From positions 3,226,001-3,290,000 of the forward strand of contig NC_045696.1 of NCBI RefSeq assembly GCF_009834535.1: 64,000 nt of DNA, in the 5' to 3' direction. The DNA is from Camelus ferus (lineage: Eukaryota). This document shows, in pieces, positions 49,546 to 60,512 of this stretch; position 1 is the first letter of the stretch; the number at the start of each line of letters is the position of its first letter. The translations under genes and the position numbers were made by a program. Under the pieces are notes generated by a model. That model was given only the letters and a program-made list of their open reading frames with translations, had not been told where the DNA came from and searched no databases.

Positions 49546-49678
49546 TGAGTCTAAATTACTTTTGGCTAGTCCACCAGCTTCTTGGTCTGCTGGCTTTCCG
49601 AATGCAGTCACTATTCCCTGCCCCAACACTTTGTTGGACTGTCAGGCAGCAAGTAGTTTGAGCGTGAACTCAGTTACA
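49546..49678 (+). mobile_element. 3' fragment of an LTR related to 5461-5975, about 0.9 kb upstream of TFF3
   Basis: tagtccaccagcttcttggtctgctggctttccgaat...tattccctgccccaacac...cagttaca matches 5852-5975. Confidence 0.7.
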
Positions 49679-50501
49679 ATCTTAACATTTTGAGCCTTAG
49701 CTTGTTCCTCTGGAAAATGGGTATAATTATTCCCATCTCGTTTAGACATGCTGTTATAAAACAATTTCCAAGATGTAGCCTTCATTTAAAAAAAGAAAAG
49801 CAAGCTGGGCAAAGGTGTGTAGTAATTTCTCATAAAAATATGCTTAAATCTACAGAGAACATTCTGGAAAAATACCTAAGAGCATGTCAAAAGTGAACAT
49901 CTCCAGATACAAGGGAGGGGTCTTCTGTCTTGTCTGATTTAAAAAATCAACTGCATGTATTATATTTTTATTAAAATGTATTGAGAAAACTTATTCTATA
50001 CATTTGTTAAAATGTAGTTGATGATAAAAATAATTTTTGCAAGAGAAAAGCAAAAAAGAAAAAAAAAACGCAAAGGAACCTCTATGTTTTAAAGTTGGGA
50101 GAGAGGAATGAAATCTGCGGGCACCACGTGCCTGACTCATTGTTGTCCCCTGTCTTTTCAAGAACCCGAGGCTGGTCTGGGATTAAGAGGCCTGGACACC
50201 CCCAGACTCCTGCTGGGTGGGTTGCAGGGGCTGATGCCCAGCGCCCGTGGACCTGCCCTCCAGCTGCACACTGACCCTCACCCTTCCCTCCGGGCCAGGC
50301 TAACATGGGCGTTGACACAGCCTGGCTCCTAGACAGAGAGGCGTTCACTGGCATCCGGAATCTGCTATCACTGCTCACCTGCTACCAAAACAGTGGGGCA
50401 GGAACCACCCTCTCCCCTTTAGGTTGGACGAGCCTCCGGGGCTTCGCAATCTGGTGCAGGGAAGAGCAGGTGGGGGCCTGAGCTGGAGGGAGGGGCTCCC
50501 C

Positions 50502-50547
50502 GAACAAACAGAATCCGGAGCGCCTGTGCAAACACAGAGGTATAAAT
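50502..50547 (+). promoter_or_regulatory. TFF3: TFF3 proximal promoter: two FOXA motifs (GAACAAACA 50502-50510, GTGCAAACA 50526-50534) and TATAAAT (50541-50547)
   Basis: Motifs read directly, about 50 bp upstream of the ATG. Confidence 0.8.
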
Positions 50548-50594
50548 GAGTCCTCTGTGCTGATGCAGCACGTCTTCTGAGCATGCCTGTGACC

Positions 50595-50676
50595 ATGGAG
50601 GCCAGAGCGTTCTGGCTGCTGCTGGCGGTCCTGGCTTTGGGGTCTTCCGGCCTGGCCGAGGAGTACGTGGGCCTGT
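50595..50676 (+). CDS. TFF3: Trefoil factor 3, coding exon 1 (MEARAFWLLLAVLALGSSGLAEEYVGL)
   Basis: Kozak accATGg, signal peptide followed by the EEYVGL mature N-terminus of TFF3, donor T|gtgagt. Not present in the ORF track. Confidence 0.96.
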
Positions 50677-52100
50677 GTGAGTACCACTCTGACCTCCTCC
50701 CCACTTGATAGCAGGAAGGAGGGACCGAGTGGCCGGGTGGGAGCACAAGACAGGGGTCGGGATGCGGAAGATCTGGGCTGGGGTGGGGGCGGGGGGGGGC
50801 GCTTTCTGCGGGCTTGAGGAACGTGACCAAACCCCTACGTTAATTTAATAGCTACCATTTATCAGACACACAATACACGTTTTCTTCAATAGCCCTACAG
50901 ACTGGGTCTTGCTGTCCCCATTTTACAGACAAGCAAACTGAGGCTCAGAAAGTCAATAACTGACCCTCCTGGTCAGTGTCAAACTTAGGATTTGAACCCA
51001 GGTCTGCCCGGCTGGCAGCCAGCGCCCAAGCCCACTACCCTGCTGCCTCCCTTGCTGGAGCTCTCTGAGTTCCAGTACAGGACTTTCTGCGTTCTCCTGG
51101 CACAGCCACAAAGCAAAAGGGAAAGAAAACTGGAAACAGTTACTTCCAGGACATTTTCAGTCCCTACAGACACACTTTTCATTTAGCCATTGCTTTGCAA
51201 CTCCAGGTGGGGGGGGGGTAGCCGTTCCATTTACCGGGGTCTGAAGAAATTAGGGTGTGGCTTTTATCATGTTATCCACTGCGCCGTCTCACAGGCAGTG
51301 GGCACCAAATTGACACCTGCCAGAATCACCTGGAAGCTTTCTAAAACTCTTAAAGACCAGGATGCGCCGGTTACATCAGAAGACCTCTGGGTGGGAGCAG
51401 GTGGCAATGGGTTCTCAAGACCCCCGCCGACCCCCGCGCGAGCCGAGTCTGGGAGACGGCGGAGTGAGGACTGTGAGGCGTCAGCGGCGGGAGAGGACTC
51501 GAGATCTCGCGTGATTCCTGCCTTCCTAAGGAAAACCCAGTTAGGGGACAGGCGCAGCAGCCTTTGGCTGAACTTTAGACACTACAGACTTGCTTGAAAA
51601 AGAGACCGAAGGAGGTGCAGGGAAGATGTGACCAGCCTAACAGTTCAGGGAGACGGAGATGCAGAGAAGAAATAGAAAGTAGTGTGCATCGTGGTTTCCT
51701 GTACGGAAGGCGCATCTCCTGGTCCGCTGCTCATTTTGTTAAAAGGGGAGAGTTTCTGTTGATAAAACAGCGAAGGGGAACTTTGTTTCTGAGTTCGAGG
51801 GGCCCTGGATTCCCCTGGGTAGCTGCCAGCTGCAGGGAACCCAGGCCCATGCCGGCTTGCTGGCGAGGGGCTGGGAGCATGCCGAGTGAGAGCCCCCGGC
51901 AGGCGCCCGCGCACCTCTGTATAGAACGTTTCTCCTTAAATATTTACTCAGAAAGAGGGTCCTTGGCAAGCAGATGTCAGGGACCAGGTGGGATCTCATC
52001 CTTTGAGCTCGGAGCTGGAGGGAAGGTTCAGACTTTCAGAATGCAGCCAACAGACCCACCGCAAGCTGCCAGGACTCTAACCGGGCTTTGTTCGGTGCAG

Positions 52101-52247
52101 CGGAGAACCAGTGCAAGGTCCCGCCCAAGGAGAGGGTGGACTGCGCCTTCCCCAAGGTCACCCCGGAGCAGTGCAACAACCGGGGCTGCTGCTTTGACAA
52201 CAGCATCCACGGGGTGCCCTGGTGCTTCAAGCCCCTGCAGGAAGCAG
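52101..52247 (+). CDS. TFF3: Trefoil factor 3, exon 2 (SENQCKVPPKERVDCAFPKVTPEQCNNRGCCFDNSIHGVPWCFKPLQEA)
   Basis: Trefoil pattern, CNNRGCCFD and PWCFKPLQE typical of TFF3. tgcag| acceptor, G|gtgag donor, 147 nt. Confidence 0.97.
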
Positions 52248-53343
52248 GTGAGCCGGCCCCAGGGTGCCGGGCCCTCTGCAGGCCCCTGGGGAGTCCCACA
52301 CATCTGGGCCCTGGGTGGGACCCCGGGCACCAGGGACAGTCCGTGGGCTGAGGGGGTTGTGCAGACTATAAAAGCGGCCATTTCAGAAAGGCGTTCAAAG
52401 TCAACGCACTGTGTAGAGGGAATTAGTGTAAAAACGCCCCTGGGGCGAAACGGACAAGATGCACGTTTGGAGAGCGGGCCGACTTCCCAGCCACTTTCTG
52501 CAAACGACGCCCCCACGGAGTCTCCATCATTTGTGATGTGCTCTGGGTCTGGACGTGGAGCCCTGGTGCCCACCCCCTACACCCCTGCCATCTCCTTCCA
52601 CTCTGCCCCCACCTCAAGGTGCACCCCCTCCCTCACTGGTGCAGGACAGCCGACCCAGGAGCCCCAGTGTCGGGGCTGATGGCTATGCATGCGCTGGTCG
52701 GCTGTCCTGACTCCATCCTGCTGCCCTTCTGCCCCACAACCCCGACCCCCACATGTGGGGCATGGAGGTCTGCCGCAGCCATCTGGCAGCCTGGGTGCCC
52801 ATTCACCACCTAAGGCGCACAGAGCTAGGGAAGCCCCTTCCTGGAAGTGGCCCCCCGGTGCGGGGCCACTCCTGCCCCCTTTGTCCCCGGCTAATTATGG
52901 AGGCGGCTGCATGCCAGCCTATCCCGGCTCCCTGATCAGGTGCTGGGGCCCCCGCCCACTGCCCAGGGCCTCCTCCTCTCCCCAGGTAACCCTGGCAGAG
53001 GTCCAGAGAGGGCTTGGGGGCCAGGAGGGAGAGGCACTTACCGCCCCTGTGCTGGCCGTCCCCATTCTGCCAGCCCCTCAGCCTTGGGGGGACACTTCTT
53101 TGAGCACTGGCAGTGGCCCTGCCCAGGCCCACCTCACGTCTCACCTACCCTGACCACCCGGGTCCCTGTGGGGCGTATGGCTCTTCCCCCACCAGGTGGG
53201 GCCTCAGCACTTCCCCAGGGACTTGGCGGAGAAGGCAGCACGGGGCGCTGACCTTGGAGCCTGTGTGGACCTGGAGAAGCTGGGCAGCTGGTGGGCAGAG
53301 ATGACAGTGCCCAGGGTAACGCATGTGTGTGCTTTGTTTCCAG

Positions 53344-53357
53344 AATGCACCTTCTGA
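53344..53357 (+). CDS. TFF3: Trefoil factor 3, exon 3 coding part (ECTF-stop)
   Basis: tttccag|AA TGC ACC TTC TGA. AATAAA at 53480-53485. Total CDS 243 nt. Confidence 0.95.
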
Positions 53358-56300
53358 AGTGATGCCCGCGGCCCGGGACAGCCTGCCCGGAACTCTGCCC
53401 GGGGCTGCTCACCTCTGCCTTTCCACCGCCTGCTCCCGGCGAGCGCTCTCGCTGAGAGCTGAGACCTGATGTCTTAAAGAATAAAGATTCTGTACTCAGC
53501 ACGAGGACTGTGCTTCATTCCTGAGGCTTTATGCTATTGTGTTATTTCTGCCAACTCACTCTCACTCCCTTCTCAGCATTTCACACATGGGGCAGTGGAA
53601 GGTGTCTTGGCATCTCTGAGAGGAGGGTCTGCCCCAGGCCTGGGGAGCAGGCAGAGACCCCAAAGCAGCTGCCAACCTCAGACCTAGTGCTGACGGCCTG
53701 GAGGGCGAGCGACCTTCTAAATGTCACTTCCCTGTGTCTGTTGAGAAACATTTCAGATGTAAGCTCCCCCTCGCCAAAAAGATGATTAATGTCTTTCTTG
53801 GCGAAGAGAAAGCCAATAAAACCATCTTACAAACTGGCACTTTTTGTATTTTTTTTGCAAGTCAAGTTTAACATCTGTGACCCTTGCATGGCCTTCTTTT
53901 GCATTTCCCCTGTGAAAATGGATGCAACTCTGCAAATAAACGAAATAAACTGTCCCCACGAGTCCCCAGGAAGGCTTAGCAGCCCCTAGATGGAGACTTG
54001 TCCCCCCTGCTCTCGGGGACATGTAGCTCTGCATGGAGGGCTTCCCTGGTGGAAAGCTCTGGTCGCTCACACCCGCCCAGGCTGCGGATTCTGCTCTCCC
54101 TCCCTCAAGGCCGTGCAGAGGATCCTACAGATTCAACCCCATGACTTGTTTGCGCTGCATGGAGTGGCAGAAAGCGGTGCAGGCCCCTGGAGGTGGGGCT
54201 TTCTGGGTCTGAGTCCTCCTTCCCACTGGAAAAGCCTCCTTTTTGAAATGAAAGGCTCTGTGTTTGAGCTTGCACATAGGATAAGGAACGCATCCCACAG
54301 CCCCCGCCCAGGGCGCCACGCTGGGATGTATGAATCTGGAGCCCGCCAGGGGACGACTGTTACACTGCGGTCCCCCCATGCGAGTCCCCCTTCCCGCCCA
54401 TCCCCAAGTGCTCTCATGCCCTCCACCATGTGAGAGGGACTCCATCCTGTCCTTCCTCCCTGACGGTCCTGAGTCCATATCTCCCAAGTTGTCCACAGAC
54501 TGACTCCCCATGGCACTCCCCAGCCCCAAATCCCCTGCAGGTCTCAGCTCATCCCCTGCCCTGGGGAGGACTGGACACTCTCCGCCAGGTCTGGGGGTTG
54601 AAGACAGAGCCAAGGCCTGGACCAGCGACAGGGGACAACCCCCACCACAGAGACACCAAGATCCAGGCTCCCGCCCCTGCCCTTCTGATGGAGCCGGGGT
54701 CCAGGTGAGCACCGGCTCCCCTCACAGACGCGGCTGCCACCACGCACCTGTCACTTGATGGTCAGATCTGAGCCACTGCTTCTCCATCAAGGCCACCGAC
54801 TCCACCGGGGGGCGGTCCTCGCTCCCCACCCCAGCCCCCAGAGGGCTGTTCAGGGGCCCATCTTGACTGCGTGCTTCCCTGGGGACGTGGGAAGACCCCC
54901 GGCCAGACTCAGACTCTGCAGTGACCTTCATTTCCCGCACAGGAGCCGTCTTCTTCCTGCAGCACCCGCCCCCTCCCCCCAGGAGAAATGCCCACAGGCA
55001 GGGCGGCGGGGAGTGGGGACTTAGTCGTCCCGTCCTGGGACCCGATGTCTCTCACCAGATGTCCCTCTGTTGTTCCCGAGCAGGGCAGAGGGGACCACCA
55101 CACAATCAGGCCCTGTGTGCCCTGGGGTCCCGGTCAACGTGAACACTACCCCCTCCCCAAAGCCAGTGCTTCACACGTGGGCCAAGCAAAGCACGGGGGT
55201 GTTAGAGTCACCCGAGGCGTCGTCAAGACTCTCGGGCTCTGGAGACTCAATCAGGGTCTCTGGGGTGGGGCCCAGCAGGACCGAGAAGCCGGGCGCCGCC
55301 ACCTGTGCAGGGCAGACACCTGACAACGGCAGCGAGGAGGTTGTGAGGGGCTGCGACATCAGGAGGTCAAGGTCTCCAAGCCCGAGATGCAGACGCTGTC
55401 ACTCTCTGGCCTGCGTTAGAAGTGACAGAGACAAAACTGGTGGTTCACTTGTCCGCTGAGCCAAGATCACAGACATGTGGGGACCCTGCCAGACCACTTA
55501 AAAAACAGTAAGACAACATTACTGAGCTTAGAGCACCCCCTTCAGTCTCGTGCCTCACCGTAGCCCCATCGTGGGCTCATAAGTGCTTTCACAGGGCACC
55601 AGCATGGGGCCAGACCGCTCTGGCCCGGATGGAGTGGGACCCACCCAAGCCCACTTCCCAGTCCCTTGGAGCCTGGTCCAACCCGCGGTGACCACAGCCC
55701 CCTCTGCTGGCTGGCTTGAGTGACTGCGGCTTCCTGCAGTCTCAGCGGCAGCCTGGCTTCCCGCCACCCACCTTCCAGATGGGATTTATCAAGATTCCCC
55801 ATCACCCGGCCACCCTCGCCTTTGGACAGCACGCAGCCCGGAGCAAAACTGACCCCCAATTTCCACCGATGAAGGGAGCACTCCCTCTTTGCAGAAAATT
55901 TTGAGTTTTTTCTAACCTCCTTTTCCTTGTGGTTAAGTCTAACTCCAGGAAGGCCCAGCTGACCACCACTTCCCACCTCCAGAGATGTCCTCTAGCCCGG
56001 TGGGTGGGGGTGCAAGAGAAGTGGGGGTCTCAGGGAAGCACCTGGTGCCCTGTCTCCCCACAAAATTACTCAATGAGCGGCTCCCCCTGCACAGTGCCCA
56101 TTGCTGCAGCACTGTGGGGTTTAGACATTCTACTTCATGGACTCCCCACAGCAACCCTGGGAGGTACAGTTATTACCTCCACTTTTACAAGTGAGCAAGC
56201 AGGAGGAGGCACAGAGAGGTTAGACTAGGAGCCCAAAGTCACACAGCAGTAGAGGGAAATCTGGTTTCAAGGCCTGCAGACAATCCCTGACCCCAGCAGC

Positions 56301-59300
56301 TCCGAGCTCGCCGAATGGAGGGGCTCCTTCTCAGTTCCCAGCCTCTGGGGTTTGGAGTGGGGGTGAGGGAAGAGGGAGATGCTTGAAGGGCGGGGCAGGA
56401 GGCTCCGAGGCCCTCAGGCCAGTATGTAGCAATGGCTGGATATCTGCTCTGTATCCTGCCAAAGAGAACCAGAGGCAGCTAGACTGTTGCAGTATGAATT
56501 CTGTCCCCACCACCTGCCTTGGGCCACTAGTCCAATCTCCCTGAGCCTCACAGTTCCCTGGCCTGTGACATGGGGCTGGTGGTGGCTCCACGGCCCCCAG
56601 GATGGCAGTTAAATGAGAAGGGGAATGAGAGCACCTGAGCCTGGGCCACCACGTCACTGTGCAGGTGGGGCTGGCATGTCACCACCTCACTCCGATGTCT
56701 CTTCCTTACTTCATCCAAATCCACCGTAACTCCTACTGGAGGAATCACTCCATTCAGAACAAGGGCAGCACAAGAAGGGAAAGCACCCCACAGGCTCTGC
56801 CAGACCCCAGACCCAACACTCCGGGCAGGTCTGAGAGCTGGTGTTGTTGAAAACAGAAAGGAGAAGGAGATAGAAATCTGAAAATAATGATGCTTTATTT
56901 GGATTCATGTCACATTTTCATAAATGGCATCTAATTTCAGAAAACAAAGTTCGAATCTGCAAAATATACACGTACAAGTCTTCTAAGGCGGTAACCTACA
57001 GAAATGTACAAAGCAGGGCTGCGTCTGCAGGGGAGAGTTGGGGGCTCACGTCCTCGGGTCTGCCTGGGTCTGTGTCCAACGCAGGGAAAGGGGACAAGTG
57101 CCCAAAGGAGCCGCTGCTAATTTAAAATACACGTGAACATGTGTGTGTGTAGACGCCATGCTTACCTACAACAGCACACTCCTCCCCCAGCGTGTGAGCG
57201 CAGTATTTCCTAGCGCCACGTGGCTAAATCCATGTAAGGCTATCCACACAGCATTATAAAAAAAAGGGATTACATATTCAATATACAGATATATGCACAT
57301 CTTTACAGGCTGATTAAAAATGTTATTTGCATTGACTCTTGCTTTGGAAGGAATAACAAGGGAAAAACATCAAAGAGCTACGCATCAAATAAAAGGCAGC
57401 AATTCTCAGCAGGTTCAGCTGTGAGCAGGTATGTGCTGCTGTGTCTGCACGTGACAAACAAACCTGTGCAAGGGGTCAGCTACATACGCTGATTTTTTTA
57501 AACGTACACATTCTATGGAGAAACTTACCCCTGGTCACCCACTTCCCCAGGGAGCATGTGACTACAGAAATGGAAACCCTCTCATGTGGGCTGCGCGGTC
57601 CGCTTTGTTAGCCATTTGGATGGTAAGACCTTTTGCGACCATGTTTAACTGGCCGGGGACTTCAAATGAGACATTTCTGGTGAAGCTTGGGCAGCCTGTG
57701 TTCTGAAGTTCATGGAAAAGAGACGCACCCCCCCCACACCAAGGTAGATGATGACAGAATTGTGAAAAAATGTGAAGACATAAAAACAAAATATGCACCA
57801 TGGCCACTGAAATACTTCCAAAGAAACCAACCGTGGAATCTTTCAGGCTGGGTTGCATCCTGGGATGTCCAGAAACCGATGGACATAGGGTCCTCGACCT
57901 TGACCCAGGTACCGGCGACTTCCAGCCTCTCCCTTCGAGGTCTGATCCATCTCACCCACCAGGAGAGGCCACATGCAGGGCCCCCAGAGAAGGGATGTAG
58001 TTGTGATGACTTCTCCCCTAGAAATGGATGAGCCCGTGCCTCCTCTGCTCCAGCAAAGCCCCGTGTGGAAAACACTGTTTTCTCGAAAGCTCCACAGCAC
58101 TGGTCCAGGGCTGTGATGGGAAGAAGGGGCTGGTGGCGGGCCAGCACGGCAGGTGAAATGGAATAATGGTCCACGCCCAGTGCTGGCAGCAAGGCCTTTC
58201 TGAACTCTCCTCGAAGGAGGTGACTTGGGGGCCTTGAGAACCGGCCCACAAGCAGGCAGCAGGGAGGGTCACGCCTCATGGCTCCACACCCGCCAGCCAG
58301 GACCCAGCATCTCTGCCCCAGCTCACCTTGGCCCCTGCTGCAGGTACGGGATGACTCCCATCATGCAGCGGTACCAGCAGGTGGCTAACACGTCCCCCCA
58401 AATCAGATCTCAGACATCAGTGAAAAGAAACACCATTGAACTGTATACAGCATCAGGGGAACGTTCAAGTTCACGTGCAAAATACAGGCCAAAGACACTC
58501 ACGGGGGAGCAGCAGGGTTCTCCCTTATGTCTATTCAGACACGCCAAGCAGAAGATGATGCCACGCCACTGAGAAGAAACTTCAGCTGAATGAGACTGTT
58601 CCGGGCTTTGCTGTTTTAACTCTGTGGCCTGGGCTCAGGCTGTTCCCAAGATCTGGATAAAACCACGAACCTCAGGGAGAAGCTCGTACATGTCTGTGGC
58701 CACGTCCTTCACTTGGGGTGTCTCCCCGGGAATGGGGGGCAGACTGCACAGGCCGGCCCTCCACCTGGGTACCAGCTGGGTACATGCAGCCGCTCCTTTG
58801 CCCAAAGCAGGGCCCAGACCCAGCCCTAGATCCAGCTCCACGTGGTTTGGGACAAAACAAGGGCACTTTCGTGCTTCTGTTCCTTTCTCTCCAGCTTTAC
58901 AAGGGTCATTATATCATGGAAAAGCCCCAAAACTCTGCCTCCAGCAGCGTGACCCCTTACTTGGCCAGCGCATGGTAGCCAGTGGTGGACAGTTAATCCT
59001 TTTTGACATCAGGGGCCTATTTTGAGAACAGGGAGGTGTCAGGGGCTCTAAGCCTGAGCTCTGCTCATGGGAGTCATTTGTATGAACCTGGCTTCCCCCG
59101 GGCCTCCTCGAGCCACCCACAAAATGTCTGTTTGATGAATGACTCCAAGTTGACCAGAGATAACACGAAAGATTAAGCTAATGCTAAACCTTTGCTTCCT
59201 CCAAGAAGGGGAGGACAGGGGAAGGGTACCAGTAGCTCCCCCAAAACCTGAGCGGCACCTGCAGAAGACGGCAGGCGTGAGCGCATCACGCTCGGCTGTC

Positions 59301-60429
59301 TTCCTCCCCGGGAGGTGCCTACGGAGCTTGCAAGTGTGGCAATTAGACTGTGCGATGGGGGCATGGGGCTCTCCGCTTCTTCATGCTTCTGGGCCCGGGG
59401 AGCCCCAGGTGGACATCAGAAACACCCGTTTTCCCAGAGGATGATTGTGTCCAAGGACTTTCCCTGGGGTGGGAGGCTCAGGTGCAGTGACCAGAAGGAC
59501 CGTGACCTTGGCGGAAGCTGCACGAAGGCAGGCGGGGTCTGTAGGACGGCGGGTGCGGAGGAGAGAAGGGAGTCTCAGGAGCCTGCCCCACCTCCGGGCC
59601 ACATCCCCCTCTCCCTGTCACTTAGCAGGACTGCAGGGGCCACCCATCCTGGGACTCTGCTCAGCCCTGCACTCTGCTCTGTGTCCCCGAGGAGGGAGGG
59701 AAGACCAGGTGGACGCTGCCTTTGGAAAGGCCGCTCGGTGGATGGGCGAGCGCTAAGGCCACATCCAACCCCCGGCGCCGGCCCTGAGGCCACCTAGCGT
59801 TGTGAAGTGGGGAGAGACCGCAGGGGCCACACGTGGGCCGCCTGCATCTGGGCTCTCCGCTCTGTTTAAAGTCCTGGCCAACGTTCCCAAAGGGGAAGCA
59901 AGGGGTGAGAAAAATGGAGGAACCACAAACCTTAAGGACAGTTCAGCACAAAACGTGAAAGCTACGGGAGAGAAAGGTGACTGTTCACAGGCAGATGCTA
60001 GACAGTGAGGCCGAGGGAGAAACCAGAAGGCTCGCTAGACGTGCAGCAACCGTACTCAGAATCCAACCTGAAAATCCCCTCCGTCTAGTAAAGTTCAAGC
60101 AGAAGACTGACTGTGAAGCAGTTGACACTGAACACAAGTAAGAAGTTTATGTAAAGTGTTTTATTAGCAGTCTTCATTTCTGAGGAGTATCTAATTTATA
60201 GCCACACACCCTGCACCTCCCTCCCCTCCGCTGCGTTGTTTTGTTTCACTCTTTGTGACATCCCAGTTTAGCTGGTATTTGCTGCAAGTCTGTGGGTTTT
60301 GACTACGTGTTACCATCCGCACCGCAGGCATGAAGTGAGGGAGTTTTCTCTTTCTTTCCTGGAGTAAAGGATGATTGAGGATTTAGAGACACCACAGATA
60401 ATACCACGAGACACACACCCAGAGCGACC

Positions 60430-60512
60430 TGACACGTGCCCTCGTGTGTGTACACACGTGTGTGTACGTGCACACGCATAGGCGTGCATGCACACACACA
60501 CACGTGTGCACA
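60430..60512. repeat. Alternating purine-pyrimidine (TG/CA/CG) low-complexity tract
   Basis: Directly visible. Confidence 0.75.

Noticed and set aside
52407..52414. TATAAAAG in TFF3 intron 2
   Set aside because: Isolated motif with no plausible downstream coding exon.
51594..52679. Longest ORF in the track (361 aa)
   Set aside because: It crosses TFF3 exon 2 in a different frame within GC-rich intron sequence, has no recognisable domain, and begins at TTG.
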